Below the pieces are notes generated by a model. The model did no database searches and had not been told where the DNA came from. It was given only the letters and a program-made list of their open reading frames with translations. From Balanoglossus misakiensis (Eukaryota > Animalia > Hemichordata), in contig JBECUI020000024.1 in the NCBI GenBank assembly GCA_040954595.2, forward strand, positions 1-64,000: a DNA stretch of 64,000 bases, in the 5' to 3' direction. Shown here piece after piece: positions 51,720 through 64,000 of this stretch. The position numbers and the translations under genes are program-made. The stretch's first letter is position 1. Every line of letters starts with the position of its first letter.

Positions 51720-54700
51720 CCGGCTCTATATGACACAGACTGGCGTAAGTTATCAACGGTGATTACGTCGGATTTCCTACGGCCTGGTTTAGCTGAAGCT
51801 AAAGACGTTGGCTAAGTCCGGCAAACAGAAGAGGGAAAGTCACAGCGGTTCAACACTTGACATTTGTTCGGGTAGGACTGCATTATTGCCTGTCAATTTC
51901 TAGAGAAAGCCCAAATTTAACCAGGGCGTTTCAAACACCGACGTTAGTTGGGGGCACGGCCTGCAGTACTGCCGGGTAAGCTGACATCGGCGTACCGCAT
52001 ATAATAAAGGGGGGGGGGGGAACAGAACGGTTCAATACTACATTTATTAGATATCAGCTAATTTTGGACAATCATCTAAAATCTAAATCATTTTTTCATA
52101 TTTGGATATCTGATGATGTATGAAATTTCCATTATATGTAAAAATGGTGCTGATTATAAAAAATGCATTCTGATTTAATACAAAATTGCGTTTTAATCTT
52201 TTTTGCACCAAAAAGGTCATTTTTAGGCAAAACATTCTTTATTTTTTTAATTCGGTGACCTGATCATATATAAACAATTGCTTGTATGTTAAAAGTTTTT
52301 ATGACTTTTAAAAGCAGTGACACTGGCGGCATTTAACACGAAAATAACAATTTTAGCCACAATTTGGTCAAAATGGTAAATTTTTGAAAATTACAAAAAA
52401 TACCTGTTTTCTACATTTTCGGAAATCTGATGGAGTATAGAATGCTCTTCGTATATATATATCGATACAAATTCCACAAAAGACCGTCTTATTTGGCTCA
52501 CTTCAGACAAAATTGCGTTTTACCAAATTTTTCTTGAAAATGTAATTTTTAGAAGAAAAATAAAAAAAACCTTTGTTCTTCGAATTTGGTGCCCTGATCA
52601 TATATGACATGTTGATTGTATGTTAAAACTTTCGACCACTCCAAAAATGCAGAGATATTGACGGAATTCAAGAAAAAATAGCCATTTTGGCCATATTTTG
52701 ACACAAATGGTAAATTTTTAAAAAATCATAAAAAATTAACTCTTTTCTTCATTTTCGGAAATATTATGGAGCATGAAGTGTCGTTCTCTTTTAAAAAGTG
52801 CTGCAAATTCCAGAAAATTCGGTATAATTTGAATCACCCAAGACAAAATTACCATTTTCGACTTTTTTTTCGAAAAATTGTCTTTTTTACAAAATAAATA
52901 AGAATAAATTCTTTTCTTAGTTTCAAACGGGTAGAGATACTTTCCACACGGGTTTTCTAACATTGAATTCCCGTTCATCAACTCAGATTTCCTACAGCAT
53001 AAGTCGGCTAAAACCCTGACACTCTAGAGCAGAAACAGTTGCACACTGGTAACGTTGAACAAGTCGATTTTTCTATGGCCTGGCTCGGCTAAATCTCCGT
53101 CACAATATGACAGACACTAGCGTACGTTAGCAACGGTGATCAAGTCAGATTTTCTACGGCATGGCTTGGATAAAGCCCCGGCACTCTAGAGCAGAAACAC
53201 GCGTACAGAGACCACGTTGATCAAGTCTGATCTCCTACGGCTTGGCTCGACTAAAACCCCGGCACACTATGACAGACACTAGCGTTCGTTAGCAACGTCG
53301 ATCAAGTCAGATTTCCTACGGCATGGCTTGGCTAAAGCCCTGGCACTCTAGAGCAGAAACACGCGTACAGAGACCACGTTGATCTACTCACATTTCCTTC
53401 GGCCTGGCACGGCTGATGCCCCGGCACTATATATAGGACACAGACTGGCGTAAGTAAACAACGGTAATCACGTCGGGTTTCCTACGGCCTGGCTCAGCTG
53501 AAGCCCCGGCACTCTAGAGCAGAAACAGGCGTACATTGACCACGTTGATCAAGTCAGATTTCCTACGGCGTGACTCGGCTGGTGCACCGGCTCTATATGA
53601 GACAGACTGGCGTAAGTTTTCAACGGTGATTACGTCGGATTTCCTACGGCCTGGTTTAGCTGAAGCCCCGGCACTTTAGAGCGGAAACACGCGTACATTG
53701 ACCACGATGATCAAGTCAGATCTCCTACGGCCTGGCTCGACTAAAACCCCGGCACACCATGACAGACACTAGCGTTCGTTAGCAACTGTGATCAAGTCGG
53801 ATTTCCTTCGGCCTGGCTCTGCAAAAGACCCGACACTCTAGTACAAAGACGTTGGCTAATCGGGCAAACCGAAGAGGGAAAGTCACAGCGGGTCAACACT
53901 CGACATTTGTTCGGGTAGGACTGCATTATTGCCTGTCAATTTATAGAGAAAGCCCGAATTTTACCAGGGCGTTTCAAACACCGACGTTAGTTGGGGGCAC
54001 GGCCTGCAGTACTGCCGGGTAAGCTGACATCGGCGTACCGCATATAATGTAGGGGGGGGGGGGGAGGGAACAGAACGGTTCAATACTACATTTATTAGAT
54101 ATCAGCTAATTTTGGACAATCATCTAAAATCTAAATCATTTTTTCATATTTGGATATCTGATGATGTATGAAATTTCCATCATATGTAAAAATGGTGCTG
54201 ATTATAAAAAATGCACTCTGAATGAGCTGATTTAATACAAAATTGCGTTTTATTCGTTTTTGCACCAAAAAGGTCATTTTTAGGCAAAACATTCTTTTTT
54301 TTTAATTCGGTGACCTCATCATATATAAACAATTGCTTGTCTGTTAAAAGTTGTTATGACTTTTAAAAGCAGTGACACTGGCGGCATTCAACACGAAAAT
54401 AACAATTTTAGCCACAATTTGGTCAAAATGGTAAATTTTTGAAAATTACAAAAAATACCTGTTTTCTACATTTTCGGAAATCTGATGGAGTATAGAATGC
54501 TCTTCGTATGTATATATCGATACAAATTCCACAAAAGACAGTCTAATATGGCTCACTGCAGACAAAATTGCGTTTTACCAAATTTACCTTGAAAATGTCA
54601 TTTTTAGAAGAAAAAAAAATAAAAAAAACACCTTTGTTCTTCGAATTTGGTGCCCTGATCATATATGACATGTTGATTGTATGTTAAAACTTTCGACCAC

Positions 54701-57144
54701 TCCAAAAATGCAGAGATATTGACGGAATTCAAGAAAAAATAGCCATTTTGGCCATATTTTGACAAAAATGGTAAATTTTTAAAAAATCATCAAAAAATAA
54801 ACTCTTTTCTTCATTTTCGGAAATATTATGGAGCATGAAGTGTCGTTCTCTTGTAAAAAGTGCTGAAATTCCAGAAAAGGCAGTATAATTTTAATCACCC
54901 AAGACAAAATTACCCTTTTCGACTTTTTTTTCGAACAATTGTCTTTTTTACAAAATAAATAAGAATAAATTCTTTTCTTAGTTTCAAACGGGTACAGATA
55001 CGAGTTTTCTAACATTGAATTCCCGTTCATCAACTCAGATTTCCTACAGCATAAGTCGGCTAAAACCCTGACACTCTAGAGCAGAAACAGTTGCACACTG
55101 GTAACGTTGAACAAGTCGATTTTTCTACGGCCTGGCTCGGCTAAATCTCCGTCACAATATGACAGACACTAGCGTACGTTAGCAACGGTGATCAAGTCAG
55201 ATTTTCTACGACATGGCTTGGATAAAGCCCCGGCACTCTAGAGCAGAAACACGCGTACAGAGACCACGTTGATCAAGTCTGATCTCCTACGGCTTGGCTC
55301 GACTAAAACCCCGGCACACTATGACAGACACTAGCGTTCGTTAGCAACGTTGATCAAGTCAGATTTCCTACGGCATGGCTTGGCTAAAGCCCTGGCACTC
55401 TAGAGCAGAAACACGCGTACAGAGACCACGTTGATCTACTCACATTTCCTTCGGCCTGGCACGGCTGATGCCCCGGCACTATATATAGGACACAGACTGG
55501 CGTAAGTTAACAACGGTAATCACGTCGGGTTTCCTACGGCCTGGCTCAGCTGAAGCCCCGGCACTCTAGAGCAGAAACATGCGTACATTGACCACGTTGA
55601 TCAAGTCAGTTTCCTATGGCGTGACTCGGCTGGTGCTCCGGCTCTATATGACACAGACTGGCGTAAGTTATCAACGGTGATTACGTCGGATTTCCTACGG
55701 CCTGGTTTAGCTGAAGCCCCGGCACTTTAGAGCGGAAACACGCGTACATTGACCACGATGATCAAGTCAGATCTCCTACGGCCTGGCTCGACTAAAACCC
55801 CGGCACACCATGACAGACACTAGCGTTCGTTAGCAACGGTGATCAAGTCGGATTTCCTTCGGCCTGGCTCTGCAAAAGACCCGACACTCTAGTACAAAGA
55901 CGTTGGCTAAGTCGGGCAAACCGAAGAGGGAAAGTCACAGCGGGTCAACACTCGACATTTGTTCGGGTAGGACTGCATTATTGCCTGTCAATTTATAGAG
56001 AGCGCCCGAATTTAACCACGGCGTTTCAAACACCGACGTTAGTTGGGGGCACGGCCTGCAGTACTGCCGGGTAAGCTGACATCGGCGTAACGCATATAAT
56101 GTAGGGGGGGGGGGAGGGAACAGAACGGTTCAATACTACATTTATTAGATATCAGCTAATTTTGGACAATCATCTAAAATCTAAATCATTTTTTCATATT
56201 TGGATATCTGATTATGTATGAAATTCCATTATATGTAAAAATGGTGCTGATTATAAAAAATGCACTCTGAATGAGCTGATTTAATACAAAATTACGTTTT
56301 ATTCGTTTTTGCACCTAAAAGGTCATTTTTAGGCAAAACATTCTTTATTTTTTTAATTCGGTGACCTCATCATATATAAACAATTGCTTGTATGTTAAAA
56401 GTTGTTATGACTTTTAAAAGCAGTGACACTGGCGGCATTCAACACGAAAATAACAATTTTAGCCACAATTTGGTCAAAATGGTAAATTTTTGAAAATTAC
56501 AAAAAATACCTGTTTTCTACATTTTCGGAAATCTGATGGAGTATAGAATGCTCTTCGTATGTATATATCGATACAAATTCCACAAAATACCGTCTAATTT
56601 GGCTCACTGCAGACAAAATTGCGTTTTACCAAATTTTCCTTGAAAATGTCATCTTTAGAAAAAAAAATAAAAAAACCTTTCTTTTTCGAATTTGGTGCCC
56701 CGATCATATATGACATGTTGATTGTATGTTAAAACTTTCGACCACTCCAAAAATGCAGAGATATTGACGGAATTCAAGAAAAAATAGCCATTTTGGCCAT
56801 ATTTTGACAAAAATGGTAAATTTTTTAAAAATCATGAAAAATTAACTCTTTTCTTCATTTTCGGAAATATTATGGATCATGAAGTGTCGTTCTCTTGTAA
56901 AAAGTGCTGCAAATTCCAGAAAAGGCGGTATAATTTGAATCACCCAAGACAAAATTACCATTTTCGACTTTTTTTCGAAATATTGTCTTTTTTACAAAAT
57001 AAATAAGAATAAATTCTTTTCTTAGTTTCAAACGGGTAGAGATACTTTCCACACGGGTTTTCTAACATTGAATTCCCGTTCATCAACTCAGATTTCCTAC
57101 AGCATAAGTCGGCTAAAACCCTGACACTATAGTTGCACACTGGT
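51720..57144. repeat. ~2.05-kb composite macrosatellite, right block (~2.7 units)
   Basis: Same core at ~51804, 53848, 55899; same orientation as the left block. Confidence 0.97.
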
Positions 57145-57530
57145 TGTAAGGACGCCCAGTTCTTAGAGAAACTGAAATATTTAGTCTAGCGCCCTCGCGC
57201 TGTGAGTACATTAGCGCATGCGCTTTTGTTTAGAAAATATCTGGAAAATTCCATGGCGCACATGTGAGGACTTTTGCACAGTTAGCCTGGGGATTTTGGC
57301 AGTTTTCTACGGAAACTTCAACCACCGCGACGCATCATCCAGTGCCAGTGTTGTATGTTCAGTCATTAAATGTTCGTGTAAAGTTCCAAGCAGCGTTTTC
57401 TGTGACATCTGACAAGGAATGTTCGTCGGCGATGGTGAGCTCCAGTTAGTTAACGGCAAATACTATAGAACCCTGTGGCCTTTGATGTGAATTAGGGCGC
57501 CATTTGAGACGGCACATCGAGGTTACTACA
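57145..57530 (+). repeat. Putative 5' LTR of BEL element 2
   Basis: TGT start, ATTAAA at ~57365, guessed end ...TACA|GTAGAAAA; unconfirmed. Confidence 0.45.
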
Positions 57531-57808
57531 GTAGAAAACTGTGATCGACCGGGCAGAAACTGTCACCTTCGGAAGATTGGTAGAAAGAATCTGGTAGGAC
57601 AGCGATTTATTATCAGTATTTTCCTGTCTAGCAGTACATTGGACTCGGCTCAGCTGAGGAAAACTGGCGTTCGTGGTCAAGACGCCACTGCGCATGTCAG
57701 AAGCTTCAAGGTCATTGTGTCATACTAGTACTCGACCGCGCATATCGTACGTACAGGGCGCATTGGGTATCATTCAGCACAGTGAATTTATACAGAATAA
57801 GAAGCAAA

Positions 57809-58343
57809 ATGGCCACCAATGATGATACAAAGGTCATGGTGGAAACAGAGAAAAATGATTTGTTTACTGGTAATCCAGAAAACACCAAGCGTGTCTCCAT
57901 AAAAACAGACAAGCACAAAGAAGCTGAAAGAGAAAGATTGAAAACTACCAGATCACACATCTATTGTAGAGTAACAACATTGATGAATCAGATAACATCT
58001 CTGATGGAAGATAAAGTCAATGGTATTTTGGTGAAAACTAAAATGAAAGAATGTGAAGTTGCCTTTGAAAACTTCAAAGAGGCTGATGTCAAATACCATG
58101 AGTCATTGGATGAAAAAGAAAAACAACATATGTATACCAGTTGGTCATTACCACGTATGACTGGGTTTGATGAATTTCAGCATGTAGTTGACACCTGGCT
58201 ATTTCGCCATGGGCTGCATGATTCCATGTTGGCAGACACTGTGGGGCCAGAAGATAGCGTGTCCCATATTGGTAGTAAGACACCTAGATTTAAATCAGCA
58301 AGATCAAGCAGAGTGTCATCACACGTGTCCTCACGTGGTAGTA
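57809..58343 (+). pseudogene. BEL2 gag N-terminal segment
   Basis: MATNDDTKV...VGPEDSVSHIGS...SSRGS; continues in frame at 61338-61360 (INSKASII) and 61661 (AAAVKRAEL). Confidence 0.85.
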
Positions 58344-61330
58344 CAGTCTGATCTCAGCCTATTGAAATTCGCCAAAATCATACAACAGAGAGCCTCGTTT
58401 TCACTTCTATCCAATATGGCGGCCTACCGAAAACTTGAAACCTGCATGCTGGCATGAAAAGAGGTGTACACGCTTTAATTTTGGATGACAAGGTTCGTTT
58501 TCCACCAATTATTGTCTGAAAGGATGTTGTCTTACGTTTTATGACGCTCGTTTCAGCTGTAATAAATTATTTTGAAACCCTGCATACTGGCGATGTGGCA
58601 GTGACTCGATCGTACGATGTTATGAATGTGAATGCTAATTTTTGAGAAGCGATACAAAAATTAGAGGGTCTTGAGCAGAAGCGTAAATACGGTTTTTCAC
58701 ATGGTCTATGTATTAGCTATAACTGTGCCAAGTTTGGTTTGCCTACGGTGAAGCACTTTGACGCGGGGCAGTGTTGAATGTGACCTCTCAAGCAACATAC
58801 TATATGTATAGGACCTCCGTAAGGGTGTTTCGATTGCGTAACACGGAAACTCGGCAGATCAAATCACAGTCCCCGGCAGTCTGCCGGGACTTTACACTGA
58901 ACATAACATTGCAGATGAGTTATGAGACAATCAATGCTCGATAACAGCCTAGGTTTTGACAATGGATATTCATGTGTTTTAGAGATTAACCCGGATAAGT
59001 GGCGGTCTGCATAGACAGTATGTACATAGTATGCATAGTGGTGACTGTGAGGTGTATCTGACAATGAAATCATGGTGTACTACAACAGACTACACTGGTC
59101 CAACTCTCCTTTTTCTGACATTGATTGGTAATTTGGCAATTTTTAAAAACATTTTTTTTTCTTTTTGATTATTTCTAATTTAAGAATTTTATGTATATTT
59201 TTTCAATCAATAAAATTATTGCCAGCCTTATAATTCTACATTTAGTTTTCTAACTCCATATCTGAATAATCACTGTAATTATTTGTATCATTTTTCATAT
59301 GCATTTGTTGTACTCTCTTGTAAATCTTCCTCAGGTAATTGGTATTCCTGTTCTACCTCTTCTATCTCTAGTATGTCAAACGTTTCAAAAGTATCCACCA
59401 TTTCTTCATTCATAATCATTTCTAGAATTGAATCATCTTCACTTACTCTGTCAATATAACTTCTACTGGTGTTTTTACCACTTCTAGTGTTTTCACAGTT
59501 TGTTATGTATAGTGGTCTTTATGGAGTTTAGAATGTTATTCCTTCCATCTGTGGCATTTGCCATAGACCTCAGCAGTCTATTTAAAACCAGCAAACTATC
59601 TCTACTCTTGGAGGAAAACACAAACGACCCCTTTCTCACCATTATGAAAAGCTTCACAAAGACAAAGTATGTTGCAGTTAAAAGACTGAAAATGACTATA
59701 GAAAAATATGACTTGCATAGACAGACTGATAAATGCCCAATCAGTTACTATGCCCAGACTGGACAAAAGCCTTTCACTGTCACTCTGCACAGACAGCCCA
59801 GACAAATGCCAGTTCACACACACACACACCCTGCAAAGACTAGACTAAATATCAGTTCACAAAAACTCTGCACAGTGCAGACTAGACAATTGTCAGTCAA
59901 GCTAAAACCACACAGACTACTCCTACACAGACTGGAAAATGCCTGTTCAGTAATACTCAAACAATAACAGTTAATGAAATTTACCTTTTTAATTTTTATT
60001 GTCAAATAAATACAATATAATATATAAAAGGTAACAACTGAGGAAAGCAAGATTAATAAAGGAAACTCCTGAATGCAAAAAAGTGTGGGAACTGGCCACC
60101 AACCACACTACACGCAGACTCACTAAAAGTAAAACACCGATCGATCAGCACAGACGCACTTCTTTCTTCGTTGTCTCCTGAAAGACAAAGAAACAAACTG
60201 TAAGGCGTACGATAATTATTGGTGAAGTTCTCAACAAGAGATTTGAGAAACACTTGCTCCGGCTTCCACACACACACGACACTGCTGCAACAGTGCACGC
60301 CAAGCAAGGAATGATGCTGCCCGGGAAACTTTCCCTCCGGCGCGCTTACTTAAAGGGACAAAGTCTCTCTCTCGCTGCCCTTTTTCCACTAATTATGTTT
60401 GATACAAGACACTGTTTATGTTAATGTACATGTGGATATATAGTAAATCTACATTCGACCACACACAACTTCCATCCCACTTGTAAGATATGAGAGTAAA
60501 AACTCGCCCAAAATGAATAAATGGTAAAGAACGATTATTCATTTTGGCGATTTTTTTCACTCTCCTGTCTATAAGAGGGATGGAAGTTGTGTGTGGTTGA
60601 ACGTTGATTCACTATATATCCACATGTAGAATAACAAACGGTGTCTTGTATCAAATATAATTAATGGAAAAAAGGCAGCTAGAGAGAGACTTTGTCCCTT
60701 TAAGGTCTACGATGACGTCTGGACACCTACTGTCCCATCATTGCGCCAAAAATCATGTCCAATCAGAGCTCTCAGCAAGAAAATTACGAAATTGGACCGG
60801 GACATAATGATCTAAAATAGCTTGCCACAGTCGCGCATTCGCTACTTCCGGGTATGGATTCCTTCCGCCGCCATGTTAGAACACGGTACATACACACATT
60901 CAGTAAACAGGCGTTCGCAATTTTTCCGGACCTTGAGCAGACTAAAAATACGCAAATTTCGATAAAACAATAATCAACTCAACGATTTATGTCAATTTTC
61001 GATTTTTAAAAACCGGCACTTAGACGCGGGGCAGTGTTGAAAATCACAGAAAAATCGTGAAAGTCCGTACGGGCACACCACTCGAAACGCGTATAACCTA
61101 ATTCTTTGGACTAACAATGGCGTGAAATATGATAGAAACAGCAACTTACCGGGTATACGTCAGTTTCGGGATGAGAATAATTCTTCTAACGCAGTATTAA
61201 GCTGGAAAAGTGAGATTATCGGTACCTCGGGAAAAAATCCTAACGGACACATACTTAAGCACGGGGGCGCTGTTCATTTGAAATGATTTTATGCAAATGC
61301 ATGTAAATTAGGTACCCTGAAATCAGACTG
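58344..61330. mobile_element. ~3-kb non-autonomous TIR DNA element inserted in BEL2 gag
   Basis: TIR CAGTCTGAT(C/T)TCAG; flanks GGTAGTA/AGTAGTA (7-bp TSD, 1 mismatch); internal direct repeat GCACTT.GACGCGGGGCAGTGTTGAA at ~58753 and ~61016. Superfamily (P/hAT) unresolved. Confidence 0.78.
60354..60699. mobile_element. Palindromic Kolobok/T2-type MITE, copy 2
   Basis: TTAA|AGGGACAAAGTCTCTCTCT ... AGAGAGAGACTTTGTCCCT|TTAA; homologous to 180-504. Confidence 0.9.
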
Positions 61331-61360
61331 AGTAGTATTAATAGCAAGGCATCTATAATC

Positions 61361-61654
61361 TAAATATCTGGAACAATATTCCCCTGTCTATAAGAAGTAT
61401 ATACAGTCTGTCACAGTTCAAGTCACAACTACGTAACTTTTTTCACACTAAATTTATAAATGAAGGTTCATCACTTGATTAGATTTCATGAATGTTTCCG
61501 CCATTGCGACTTGATTTGATTTTTTCAGTGTGTTTTTTTTTCCTTGTTGTATTCATTCTCATTTTGCCTTTGAGGGCTCTGTTGTATATTACAATTCTAC
61601 TTTGTAACACAGACTACCCTCTTTAAATAAAGCATAATAATAATAATAATAATA
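61361..61654 (+). mobile_element. 5'-truncated CR1/L2-type retroposon 3' end with (TAA)n tail
   Basis: 3' stem GAGGG...CCCTC-TTTAAATAAAG then (ATA)n; TSD ATAATC (61355-61360, 61655-61660). Removal restores gag KASII-AAAVK. Confidence 0.8.
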
Positions 61655-61660
61655 ATAATC

Positions 61661-63855
61661 GCAGCCGCAGTGAAACGGGCAGAACTGATGACTCGTATGG
61701 CAGGTTTGGAGGAAAAACAGAAATTAGACGAATTGGAATTCAAAATAAACGAAGAACAATCCAAAATAAACAAACAAAAACAATTGTTGGAAATCAAAAC
61801 AGAAATTGCTGAACAGAATGCAATAATCGAAGTGTATCGTCATTTGAAAATGGTGAAGATGAAAGTAGTTTACAAGAATACAACCTACAAGATCTCTTTA
61901 AGACACCCGCTGCATTTCGGGGCAACATCAAGATGAAGAGTTCAAGTGCTAGCAACTTGGGTAGTTTCCACACATGTGATAGTCCCAACGTTACTAAGTC
62001 TGATAGTCCTGTCGACAGCATTGTATGCAGTCCAGAAAAAAGAAAACCCGATGTAAACAAGCAGACGAAATTCAGTCCTGACCTTGGTTCGTGTACAGGT
62101 AGCAATAGCAGCCACAGTTCCTGTAGTGATCATAACCTAGCCACAGTTACTAAACTGTTGTTTGAGCATAACAAGCGTGCCGCTTTACCACCGCAATCGA
62201 TACCCGTGTTCGATGGGGACCCATTGCAGTATAAATCATTTATACGTGCCTTTCGGCATGGCATAGAATCTAACACTGAAGATCCTGATGATCGTTTGTA
62301 TTACTTGGAGCAGTATACACGTGGTGAACCGAGAGAAATAGTGAGCAGTTGCATTCACATGGAAGCGAATGAAGGATACGAAAGAGCCAGAAAATTGCTT
62401 GAAACTGAGTTCGGCAATCCATACGTGACGGCCAGAGCCTACACCAAGCAAGCAGAAATCCGAGGATAAGACCGCTTTGAAAGATTTCGCTCTTTTCTTG
62501 ACCAAGTGTGAAAATGCTATGAAAGGTGAATCACATCTGAGAGAGCTCAACCACTACAAAAACTTGCAAATGTTGGTTTACAAACTGCCTTTCAAGTTGA
62601 GAGACCGGTGGTGCAGCAGAACATACAGTATCGTACAACAACGATCAGTGCAGTTCAAAGATCTTGTGGAATTTGTCAACAGGGAAGCCAAGATAATGTC
62701 CCAAGAGGTGTTTGGTAACCTCGCCGGCATTCCATCCAAGGACAAGGGAGCAAAGAACATCAAGAAAGCAACTAGTGGTACACAAAGACGCAACGCCTAC
62801 ACAGTCAGCACAGAGACTGTCACTCCGTGTTTGTGTTGTGCAGACAGTACACATGAATTTCAAGACTGTCAAGTGTTTGCCTCCAAGGCTTACGATGACA
62901 AGAAACGGCTCATAAAAACAAAAGGGTTATGTTTTGGTTGCCTGAAAGATGGAAAACATATGGTGAAAGACTGTACAAGCAAGCTGACTTGTGAAAAATG
63001 TGGCAAGCTGCATCTGACCGTGTTGCACTTCAACAAAACCAAAGACCAGTCTGGAAAACCCGTGTTAACGAATGTGGGGATGATTGACGCATCATGTAGA
63101 TCTGCGGGGAATGGAGAGTGTGCATATAAACCCGTGATTATTCCCGTCAAGGTCAAATGTAGATCGAGTGGTCTTAGTGTACAAACGTACGCCTTTATTG
63201 ACAACGGCAGTGACACAGTATTCTGTACGGAAACACTTCGTCGACAACTGAACGTCGGTGGTAAGAAAACAAAGATTATGCTGAACACTATCACTGGAAG
63301 TAAATCAGCTGATAGTCGTGTTATCAAGGGTCTAGAAGTTTCAGATCTTGATGAGCATTACATCATCAAACTTCCAGCTACATATACGCAAGAGAAAATT
63401 CCTGCTTCGAAAGATCTCATCGTTACACAAGATGACATTGGCGAGTATCCTTATTTGCGTAAGGTACGCCTGCCTGAGATAGATGCGGAAATAGGCCTAC
63501 TCATCGGTGGTAACGTTCCTGAAGCGTTTGAACCATGGGAAGTGATAAACAGTAATGGAGATGGACCATTTGCCGTACGTACCCGTTTAGGCTGGTTCGT
63601 AAATGGTTTCCTTACGGGGGCTGGCGTGTCAGAAAATGAAACTGCCGCAACAGTCTGTGGAATACAAGTTGGACCGGCGATTGATCAGCAGTTAATCAAC
63701 CTCTTCAATCACGAGTTCAGCGAGCGCATCATAAATGACAAACCCGAAGTTTCGGTTGAAGATAGAAAGTTCATGAGGATTGCGTACGAACAAACGCAGT
63801 TTGTTGATGGTCATTACCAGGTGCCATTACCGTTTCGTGATGACGGTGTTACGAT
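61661..63855 (+). pseudogene. BEL2 gag C-terminal half, Zn knuckles and protease (frameshifted)
   Basis: ORFs 61670-61936, 61933-62469, 62477-63865: RLYYLEQYTRGEP, CFGCLKDGKHMVKDC, CEKCGKLHLTVLH, YAFIDNGSD, LLIGGN, TRLGW. Confidence 0.93.
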
Positions 63856-64000
63856 GTCTGCATAGACAGTATGTACATAGTATGCATAGTGGTGACTGTG
63901 AGGTGTATCTGACAATGAAATCATGGTGTACTACAACAGACTACACTGGTCCAACTCTCCTTTTTCTGACATTGATTGGTAATTTGGCAATTTTTAAAAA
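63856..64000 (+). repeat. Direct repeat of 59005-59149 running off the window
   Basis: GTCTGCATAGACAGTATGTACATAG...GGCAATTTTTAAAAA is identical by eye in both places. Confidence 0.95.

Larger units (their letters stand above)
57145..63855 (+). mobile_element. BEL/Pao LTR retrotransposon 2 (degenerate, truncated before RT)
   Basis: Starts TGTAAG at the satellite junction; gag from ATG 57809; DUF1759-like PVFDGDPLQYKSF; three Zn knuckles; protease FIDNGSD; stops at GHYQVPLPFRDDGVTM. Confidence 0.95.

Noticed and set aside
59500-59967. 155-aa ORF inside the TIR element
   Set aside because: Non-ATG start, low-complexity CAGAC-rich sequence, no transposase motifs.

Overview
Eukaryotic, AT-rich, repeat-saturated (heterochromatin-like) DNA, probably from a marine invertebrate (inferred from the TE repertoire; not provable here). 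I can support no intact host protein-coding gene, rRNA, tRNA or CRISPR array. Left to right: (1) 1-15 kb: a TTAA-flanked palindromic MITE, microsatellites and five tandem arrays; three consecutive arrays carry plus-strand splice-site-like motifs in every unit. (2) 17.3-28.2 kb: two giant inverted repeats back to back, each with ~2-kb arms. The first duplicates nested PIF/Harbinger-type elements carrying a SAP-like/acidic gene fragment. The second looks like a 5.25-kb foldback element with a multiply deleted L2 LINE in its loop. (3) 29.3-57.1 kb: a ~2.05-kb composite macrosatellite (GC-rich ~80-bp subrepeats, a unique core, AT-rich ~167-bp subrepeats). (4) Two degenerate BEL/Pao LTR retrotransposons inserted divergently into that satellite (42.4-51.7 kb minus; 57.1-63.9 kb plus), each interrupted by nested insertions whose removal restores the reading frames. 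Coordinates were read by eye and may be off by a few bases.
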